A stretch of 64,000 bases of DNA from an uncultured virus (IMG/VR IMGVR_UViG_3300036398_005783) (lineage: Duplodnaviria > Heunggongvirae > Uroviricota > Caudoviricetes): IMG/VR virus record IMGVR_UViG_3300036398_005783; one strand, given 5' to 3'. How positions within the stretch are numbered: position 1 is the first letter of the stretch; the number at the start of each line of letters is the position of its first letter. The position numbers and the translations under genes are program-made. The notes beneath the pieces were generated by a model. That model did not search any database. It was given only the letters and a program-made list of their open reading frames with translations, and was not told the origin of the DNA. Shown here piece after piece: positions 57,418-64,000 of the stretch.

Positions 57418-58002
57418 TTATTCTTCTATATCAGGTTTAAGTATTTGATTCTTTTCTTTTCTCCAATCAGATAATTCATCCCATGCAGTTTTATTATCTT
57501 TATTTTTTATATTTTTATCTGCTCCATTTTTTAACAGAAAATTTAACATTTTGTCATTGTTAGTATAAAAGAGAACAGTATTACCTAAATCATCAGTAGC
57601 ATTAATATCTGCACCCATCTTAATAAAAAGAGATGCTATTGAATTATCTTCCTTAACAGCAACATGTAATGGTGTCATACCTTTTTTAATTCTATACCTA
57701 TCTGTTTCTCCACTTTTTACATCTATGTTTGCATCTTCTTTCAATAGCATTCTCGCTAATTTTCCATCATTTAATCTAGCAATATAATGTAAAGGTGCTA
57801 ACCCATGCTTATCCCTTCCATCTAATTGAACAAGTCTTAAATCAATCAAATCCTGAATTTCATCATAATTAGGCCATTCAGTATTGACTTTACTATTAAA
57901 CATCTCCTGTAGTTCATCAAAAGACTTACTTGTTAAAGAAATGTATTTAATTTCTTTAGCAAAGTCTTCCTCAAAAGTTTCATACAACTTAATATATTTC
58001 AT
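57418..58002 (-). CDS. tagged ankyrin repeat protein
   Basis: MKYIKLYETF; GMTPLHVA, GADIN. Confidence 0.88.
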   Translation of the reverse strand: MKYIKLYETFEEDFAKEIKYISLTSKSFDELQEMFNSKVNTEWPNYDEIQDLIDLRLVQLDGRDKHGLAPLHYIARLNDGKLARMLLKEDANIDVKSGETDRYRIKKGMTPLHVAVKEDNSIASLFIKMGADINATDDLGNTVLFYTNNDKMLNFLLKNGADKNIKNKDNKTAWDELSDWRKEKNQILKPDIEE

Positions 58003-58051
58003 ATAAACGCATTAAATTTAATAACGAAAAGTTCGCTTTACTCTATATATC

Positions 58052-58072
58052 AAAAGCCCTTAACGGGCTTTT
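58052..58072. terminator. hairpin terminator
   Basis: AAAAGCCC-TTAAC-GGGCTTTT. Confidence 0.7.
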
Positions 58073-58098
58073 AGATATTTTTTTATTTATAACTTTTA

Positions 58099-58347
58099 TT
58101 ATTGATTTTCAAATGACATCAATTCTTCTGTATCTTCATTATACAACTCATTCATTGTTGTATTTTGAGCAATAGTTTTTAAGAAATGAGAATAGTCTTT
58201 TGATACAGCATCATCAATTATACTATTAATTTCCAAATCACTCCATTGCTGATTAGAAGCAGTTTTAATAAATGAATCCATAATGTGCAAAGCATTTCCA
58301 TTGAAATCTTTACCATCCATAATAACTAATTTTCTTTCTGATTTCAT
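58099..58347 (-). CDS. hypothetical phage protein
   Basis: NGNALHIM...A..Q.WS..EI......A.S.DY.HFL pattern. Confidence 0.65.
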   Translation of the reverse strand: MKSERKLVIMDGKDFNGNALHIMDSFIKTASNQQWSDLEINSIIDDAVSKDYSHFLKTIAQNTTMNELYNEDTEELMSFENQ

Positions 58348-58362
58348 AACGATTCCTCAAAA

Positions 58363-58908
58363 TTATTTGGACAATTTGGTAGAAAATAAAGTAATAAGGT
58401 AAATTTCAGAATTTACAACAGTTCTTGAAAGCATTGAAATTACTTGGTTTGGACAATTATTGTCAGCCCATGTATAAGAAATTCCGCTACTTTGATTTGG
58501 GTAATATTTTCCAGGTTTTTTATAGATGGCTTCAACTTTGCTCTTCAATGATTCTGCTAGTTTTGGACCACTTGATAAAGGTGCGTAAATAATTGTTCCA
58601 ATTCTTGAAATCTTTTCATCTGGAGAAAAACCAATTTCATAAGTTAAAATACTTCCTTGCTCCCATCTGATTGTTGAATCGGTTTCAGTAAATGAGATGC
58701 CCTCATTAGATAAAGCATATTTAATCATTTCTCTATTGTGATCCCAAGAAACAACCCATACTCCTTTATCCGAATCAACCATTACATCATATTCTTTACA
58801 ATAAGAAAGAATTACATCTTTTCTCCAACCAATCGGATTACTCGTTGATTGACTAAACAAACTGCTATAACCCAACAAAATAGAAATAGCAACAATAAAT
58901 GTTTTCAT
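58363..58908 (-). CDS. secreted protein (signal peptide ending FSQ)
   Basis: MKTFIVAISILLGYSSLFSQ; GAGG RBS; paralog of 45778-46317. Confidence 0.72.
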   Translation of the reverse strand: MKTFIVAISILLGYSSLFSQSTSNPIGWRKDVILSYCKEYDVMVDSDKGVWVVSWDHNREMIKYALSNEGISFTETDSTIRWEQGSILTYEIGFSPDEKISRIGTIIYAPLSSGPKLAESLKSKVEAIYKKPGKYYPNQSSGISYTWADNNCPNQVISMLSRTVVNSEIYLITLFSTKLSK

Positions 58909-59041
58909 ACAAACCTCAAAAATAATAAAATTAAAAATTGACAATACAAAGATAATAAAAAGTAGTGAATAATCCAAATAAAATATTTTAAGAATACATT
59001 TTCAAATCTGATATATAGAATTAAATATAACTTTTAATATT

Positions 59042-59767
59042 ATGGCTACAAAATATGTCAAATTATTTGAAAATTGGCTCAACGAAGACGAAAATAAACA
59101 AAATGAGCAAAAACCATTTAATCCCGATAAACCTAGTTTAACAAATGTTCTTCTAATAAAAACAGAAGATATTGAAAAGAATCCACAAAAAGATGGTGAA
59201 ATTATAGAAAGTATAGTTGATAGAATAGCATCCAAAATGGGAGAAAAAAATACAACTGTAAATGTATTCAAATACTATATGGGTGAACCAGATTATAAGA
59301 ATGGTCTTTTTCCTCTTTTCAAAAATGCTGAAGATACCAATAAACAAGTAATTTGGAAACCTTTTAGTGAAGGTGGAGAAACAAAAGGATTATTACCATT
59401 TGCTTCTGGTAAAGGTCCGCAAGAACCAAAAGGCAATTTTTATTTAGAAACATATGTTATACCAATGGCAGAAGATTGGAAAATGCAAGGCGATATATTA
59501 AACAATGATAAAGTTTTGATTATTGCAAAAAGTGATAAAAAAAGCAAAATGGCATTAAATTCTAAATGGTGGCTTTGGAATCATAAGAAGAGAGTTTGGG
59601 AATTAGTTTCTCTCGGTCAAATTGCAATGTTTGGATCAAGCGATTTCAAAGACCAAAGTTATCTTACTGACGCTACTAAATCAACTCCTTCACTAATATC
59701 AGGGTATTTAGATATGAAAGATTTTTATGAAAAGTATGCACCTGAAATTGAAGAACCTGAATCTTAA
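59042..59767 (+). CDS. hypothetical protein with MATKYVKLFENWLNE tag
   Basis: Tag plus GATATATA at 59010. Confidence 0.8.
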   Translation: MATKYVKLFENWLNEDENKQNEQKPFNPDKPSLTNVLLIKTEDIEKNPQKDGEIIESIVDRIASKMGEKNTTVNVFKYYMGEPDYKNGLFPLFKNAEDTNKQVIWKPFSEGGETKGLLPFASGKGPQEPKGNFYLETYVIPMAEDWKMQGDILNNDKVLIIAKSDKKSKMALNSKWWLWNHKKRVWELVSLGQIAMFGSSDFKDQSYLTDATKSTPSLISGYLDMKDFYEKYAPEIEEPES

Positions 59768-59789
59768 AACATTAATAAGTATTTCAAAT

Positions 59790-59821
59790 AAAGGTGGTAG
59801 TTAAACTAACCACCTTTTTTT
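59790..59821. terminator. terminator between convergent genes
   Basis: AAAGGTGGT-AGTTAAACTA-ACCACCTTTTTT. Confidence 0.75.
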
Positions 59822-60389
59822 ATTTTTCACAGATTCGTTTTGGCAACTCTGGATTATGATCTTGAAGATAAAAAAGATTTAGAGAAGCCACAATTCCATT
59901 TTTTGTTTCAATCCAATCAATAGTAACAAATGTAAATTCTTCATTCATAATTGCTTCCCAATGAGGTTGGCTATTTTTCCACCCATTGAAAAATTTTTCT
60001 AAGCATTCTTCATTCTCAATGTATGGAGGAATAATAGCTGAACATTCTCCTTTCAAACCAAATTTTACATTATTAGGAAGATTAACACTATTGAAGAAAC
60101 AAATATCTTTCTTAAAATTAAAATGCAATGCTTTTCTGGAATCGCTCATAAATAGTTCTTTAGACAAAGTATCTAAATGCTCTTTGATTGATTGTGTTCT
60201 TTGGCGTGAAAGATTTTCATACTCAAAAGAATAACGGAATGGAGAAAGACCTGCTTCTACCCTATATTTATTCAATGAATCTAAAATTTCCATTTTATCT
60301 TCAAGAGTAATAATAGTTTTATTTTCAGAAGAATTTTGAGCAAACAAACTTGTTGCAAAGAGAAACAATATAATTACAAACTTTTTCAT
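59820..60389 (-). CDS. secreted CAP/SCP domain protein
   Basis: Signal peptide ending FAQ; LNKYR..AGL, GE, GWKNSQPHW..IM. Confidence 0.75.
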   Translation of the reverse strand: MKKFVIILFLFATSLFAQNSSENKTIITLEDKMEILDSLNKYRVEAGLSPFRYSFEYENLSRQRTQSIKEHLDTLSKELFMSDSRKALHFNFKKDICFFNSVNLPNNVKFGLKGECSAIIPPYIENEECLEKFFNGWKNSQPHWEAIMNEEFTFVTIDWIETKNGIVASLNLFYLQDHNPELPKRICEK

Positions 60390-60467
60390 AAGATAACTCC
60401 GTTGTTTTAATTTCTAATACAAACATAATAAAAAATATAGAATAATCCAAGAAAAAAGTTAAAAATC

Positions 60468-60623
60468 TTAATAATACTTAAATTTGAAAGTTCTGCATTC
60501 AAATTTATTCTCTTTCTTTTTCTTATCTTCAACGATTCTGCTTTTGAAACGACCATCGTATGCACCAGCTTCAAGCATCTGTTCTCTCTTTATTTTGAGA
60601 TATATGTTGCTTTTCTTTTTCAT
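60468..60623 (-). CDS. small basic protein (51 aa)
   Basis: MKKKSNIY...AGAYDGRFK...; own promoter and TAAGGA RBS. Confidence 0.55.
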   Translation of the reverse strand: MKKKSNIYLKIKREQMLEAGAYDGRFKSRIVEDKKKKENKFECRTFKFKYY

Positions 60624-60696
60624 AATATAATTCCTTAAATAAAATAACTATTACAAACATAATAAAAAATACAATACATTCCAAATAAAAATTACA

Positions 60697-61209
60697 TTAT
60701 TTCTCAAAATCTATCTTGTGAACTTCAAGCGGAACGAACATATTTACAATAGGATATTGACCATCATAATATATTCCATCAAAATGCTTTTGGAGTTTTT
60801 CTAAAAGGTATTGAAAATTCATACCACCCATTTTCATAAAGTTATTTATTATTTCAAAAATTTCTAATGAAAGCAATTTGAATGTATCTGGAGATTTTCT
60901 ATAAAACTCAATCGCTTCAATTATATTAAATATAGTATCACCCGAAACTGTGGTTTTATAGAGATAATTAGAAGAACGAACTACTAATGGTTCTGTTTTA
61001 GTTAAATCTGTATAATAAAATACTCTTGCGACATCCGAGCGTTTATAATCATTCATTGAATAATATTGTGCTCTTTTCTTTGCTTCAATTGGATCAAGTA
61101 TTGTTTCTTCACCCAAATCCTGATTTGTATAGTGAAATAAATTTACTTTACCTTCTAAAGTAAAAGGAAGGGGGTTTCCCCCCTTGCTATTTTTAATATC
61201 TGAATTCAT
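60697..61209 (-). CDS. hypothetical protein, possibly ART-like
   Basis: LFHYT...RVFYY...E pattern; GATATATA embedded in the metK 3' end. Confidence 0.55.
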   Translation of the reverse strand: MNSDIKNSKGGNPLPFTLEGKVNLFHYTNQDLGEETILDPIEAKKRAQYYSMNDYKRSDVARVFYYTDLTKTEPLVVRSSNYLYKTTVSGDTIFNIIEAIEFYRKSPDTFKLLSLEIFEIINNFMKMGGMNFQYLLEKLQKHFDGIYYDGQYPIVNMFVPLEVHKIDFEK

Positions 61210-62419
61210 TGATTTCTAAACTATTTGGAATGTATATATCGGAACTTTGTTCCGAACTACCATTTTTTTGGTAAGACTCCCATTTGAAGAATGATACATC
61301 TCCATTCTTTTTATGTGGATTACCAAAGTGACCATATCTTGATGTTTGCAAATAAATAGGAGATTTTAATTCTAAATAATCTATAATAGAACTTGGGGTT
61401 AAATCTTCTAAATTAAAATCTTGAAGACTATATTCTTTACCATTAGTAGAATCAAATATTCTATAAGAGATAGGATATTTTTCTCCAATTGCATAAGAAA
61501 GTTGAACTTTAATATTTTTGGCTTCTGGATTATTATGTAATGTTGTGAGTGCTATATGTCTTGCCATATAAGCAGCACTCCTATCAACTTTACTTGGATC
61601 TTTTCCAGAAAATGCACCGCCACCTATTTCACAATCAGCACCATATTGATCTACAACAATTTTTCTTCCAGTTAAACCTGAATCTGAAACTGGACCTCCC
61701 ATATTCCAAGTTCCTGCTGGATTGATGTAATACTTGGTTGTATTTTGAAATAGAGACTTAATTTCTTCAGGAACAGAATCAAGAACTTTTGGAAGAAGAA
61801 CATAATGAAATAATTCTCTTAATGCTTTTAGAGAAAGTTCTTCTTTATGACATGTTGAAAAAACTAAAGAATGAACTTTTTTCGCTTTTCCATTTTCAAA
61901 TTCAAGAGAAATTTGACTTTTCATATCAGGTCTAAACGGATACAATTTATCTCTAAATTCATACGCTTCTGAAATAAAAAGTTTTGACAAATAAATAGGC
62001 AAAGGCATTTTTGTTGGAGTGTCATTTGTTGCAAATCCAAACATAATTCCTTGATCACCTGCTGTGACTTCCTCACCTGTTACAACAGCGTGATTAATTT
62101 CAGGTGATTGTTTTGATATATCAAATTGAATATTACAAGTATTACCATTAAAACCCAATTCATCGGAATTATATCCGATTTCAGAAATGCAATTACGAAC
62201 TGCATTCTCAATATAATCATTACTCAATTCAATATCGGATGTTATCTCACCAGCCAAATAAACATTATTACCCTTTACAAGAGTCTCACATGCTACTTTG
62301 GCATTAGGATCGACCGATAGGTATGCATCTAAAACCACATCAGAAATTTGATCCGCTACTTTATCTGGGTGACCAGGTGAAACATATTCACTTGTCCAGA
62401 TATAAGAATTTTTACTCAT
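61193..62419 (-). CDS. metK: S-adenosylmethionine synthetase
   Basis: SEYVSPGHPDKVADQISD, AGDQG, GLTGRKIVVD.YG, GGGAFSGKDPSKVDRSAAY. Confidence 0.97.
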   Translation of the reverse strand: MSKNSYIWTSEYVSPGHPDKVADQISDVVLDAYLSVDPNAKVACETLVKGNNVYLAGEITSDIELSNDYIENAVRNCISEIGYNSDELGFNGNTCNIQFDISKQSPEINHAVVTGEEVTAGDQGIMFGFATNDTPTKMPLPIYLSKLFISEAYEFRDKLYPFRPDMKSQISLEFENGKAKKVHSLVFSTCHKEELSLKALRELFHYVLLPKVLDSVPEEIKSLFQNTTKYYINPAGTWNMGGPVSDSGLTGRKIVVDQYGADCEIGGGAFSGKDPSKVDRSAAYMARHIALTTLHNNPEAKNIKVQLSYAIGEKYPISYRIFDSTNGKEYSLQDFNLEDLTPSSIIDYLELKSPIYLQTSRYGHFGNPHKKNGDVSFFKWESYQKNGSSEQSSDIYIPNSLEINEFRY

Positions 62420-62546
62420 AAAACCTCAAAAATAAAAACAACAATTAATATAAAGTAAATTAGTTATCACAAAGATAATAAATATTCCAATACAAAGCAA
62501 ATTATTTTTATCCATTTATAGATATATAAGGAAAATGATTCTTTAT

Positions 62547-63026
62547 ATGAGATACATTAAAGTATTTGAAGATTTTTATGAAGTAAATGAAATAGGATAT
62601 AGACCCATAGATAATAATGAAATTTCATCAAATACTCAAAATTACTTAAATGATATTTTTTTCAAGGAATTAGGTAAATCAGAACCAAATTTTGAAATTA
62701 TAGAGAATTTGTTAAAAAATAAAATAGTAGATATAAATTGTAAGGGTATATGGAATAGAACAGCACTCCATCTTTCAGCATATTACAATCATATAAATAT
62801 AATTAAAATGCTTTTAGAATTAGGAATTGATATAGAAAGTTTAGATATTTGGAACAAAACAGCATTACATATAGCATCTTTTTATAATAGATTTGAGATT
62901 ATTCAAATGCTTTTGAATAAAGGTTCAGATAACAATAAAAAAGATAGTTATGGAAAAACTGCTTGGGATTATGCAAATGAATTTATTAAGATTTCATTAC
63001 CTGAATTAAAACCTAAAAATAAATAA
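62547..63026 (+). CDS. tagged ankyrin repeat protein
   Basis: MRYIKVFEDF; RTALH/KTALH; SLPELKPK end. Confidence 0.88.
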   Translation: MRYIKVFEDFYEVNEIGYRPIDNNEISSNTQNYLNDIFFKELGKSEPNFEIIENLLKNKIVDINCKGIWNRTALHLSAYYNHINIIKMLLELGIDIESLDIWNKTALHIASFYNRFEIIQMLLNKGSDNNKKDSYGKTAWDYANEFIKISLPELKPKNK

Positions 63027-63238
63027 TAATACTATGAAATTCACAAAAATAAGAATGGGAAAAGAAAACCGAAAATTAAGAATAGGAATTGGAAAATATG
63101 AAGGTTCTTGGTTTTTTAGAATAGATTTATGGTTTATTGGTTTCAGATTATCAAGTAAAAAATCCTGATATATAGAAATATGGGTACTTGACTCCTCTGC
63201 TTTATATCAAAGCATAATCAAGTAGGAATGGGAAAGGG

Positions 63239-63263
63239 AAAGAGGGCTTTTAGCCCTCTTTTT
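63239..63263. terminator. bidirectional terminator
   Basis: AAAGAGGGC-TTTTA-GCCCTCTTTTT. Confidence 0.75.
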
Positions 63264-63265
63264 AT

Positions 63266-64000
63266 TTATTGCATAATTTGAATTTTCTCAACTATCATAT
63301 CTCCTACATGCTTTCCATTATGTTTATAGAATGAAAAATTGTAAGATTCCGCTTTGTTAATTTCATATTCAAATGTAACAAGAGTTCTTCCACTTTTGGT
63401 TGTTTCTTTACAACATCCTCCACCGCAATCTTTTGAAATCATCTCATGATCAGAACCGAAGAAAGTCATATAACCTACAAAGTTAGGTATTGATGGGTAT
63501 GGTAAAATATTCTTGTTTCTATTCAGATAAACTTCATAAACTCCCTTTGGTCTTTTAGTAAAAGATACTTGTATTAAAACTTTTGTTTTAGCATTAAAAC
63601 TTGATTTTAATGGTTGCTTTTTCACATTAATAGTAATAGCATCTGTTATCTGAGAGTTAATAGATATTTTTTCCACACTTTCGCCAATCACTTGTTTGAA
63701 TGATGCCTGAGCAAGTAATTGATTTTCATTCTTCATAACGGGTGTATCATCAAAATCATAGTCCATAGTGTAAAGAATTTTCATAACATCTTCCATTGTA
63801 TAGACTACTTTCTTACCATGTTCATCAAAAAATACATAGTCCCAAGGAATTGATTTTAATTCTTCAATAGTTACCATTTGACCATTTTTTGAATTTGTCC
63901 ATTGTTGCCAAATTCTATCTATATTTGAATGATGCATCCAAAATATAGGATCAAAACCTGCTGTTGGAACCCAACCCATTAAACCATCTTCAGTAATCGT
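63266..64000 (-). CDS. tyrosinase/polyphenol oxidase (C-terminal part; 5' end outside the window)
   Basis: CuB signature AGFDPIFWMHHSNIDRIWQQW; frame open to the window edge. Confidence 0.85.
   Translation of the reverse strand, partial: TITEDGLMGWVPTAGFDPIFWMHHSNIDRIWQQWTNSKNGQMVTIEELKSIPWDYVFFDEHGKKVVYTMEDVMKILYTMDYDFDDTPVMKNENQLLAQASFKQVIGESVEKISINSQITDAITINVKKQPLKSSFNAKTKVLIQVSFTKRPKGVYEVYLNRNKNILPYPSIPNFVGYMTFFGSDHEMISKDCGGGCCKETTKSGRTLVTFEYEINKAESYNFSFYKHNGKHVGDMIVEKIQIMQ

Noticed and set aside
1632..62320. Many short opposite-strand ORFs (e.g. 4814-5134, 34359-34664, 42779-43177, 47348-47584)
   Set aside because: Antisense shadows of well-supported genes with Ser/Phe/Leu-biased composition
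62420..62520. SAM riboswitch upstream of metK
   Set aside because: Only about 45 nt of AT-rich leader after the promoter, with no recognisable SAM-I or SAM-II structure
1..64000. Alternative genetic code (TAG or TGA recoding)
   Set aside because: Recognisable genes are full length under code 11 and end at TAA, TAG and TGA; no suppressor tRNA is seen
1..64000. Eukaryotic giant virus or endosymbiont origin suggested by the many ankyrin genes
   Set aside because: Bacterial-type promoters, SD sites, intrinsic terminators, ArdA, YopX and bacterial tRNAs point to a bacteriophage

Overview
AT-rich (visually under about 30% GC), gene-dense, mostly minus-strand segment that looks like the accessory region of a large ('jumbo') tailed phage. 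No capsid, terminase, polymerase or integrase gene lies in the window. Promoters match the Bacteroidota-type TTTG-N20-TAnnTTTG consensus. Main contents: (i) 0-11.5 kb, small genes each with its own copy of a host-type promoter/RBS (ankyrins, ArdA, HEXXH proteins); (ii) 14 ankyrin-repeat genes, 8 of them in a set of 13 proteins with a MKYIKLFE-type N-terminal tag transcribed from a GATATATA motif, including a 6-module ankyrin polyprotein; (iii) 9 orphan DNA methyltransferases plus MetK, MazG-like, deoxyribosyltransferase, RNA ligase, ADP-ribosyltransferase-like and tyrosinase genes; (iv) two canonical tRNAs. The most unusual part is 16.9-30.3 kb. There, an integron-like array of antisense-oriented gene cassettes bounded by attC-like hairpins, with cassette-specific complementary ends, is interleaved with six tRNA-like elements. 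These keep a Leu-type acceptor/D/T scaffold but replace the anticodon arm with different structured inserts. All calls come from reading motifs by eye; no searches were run.
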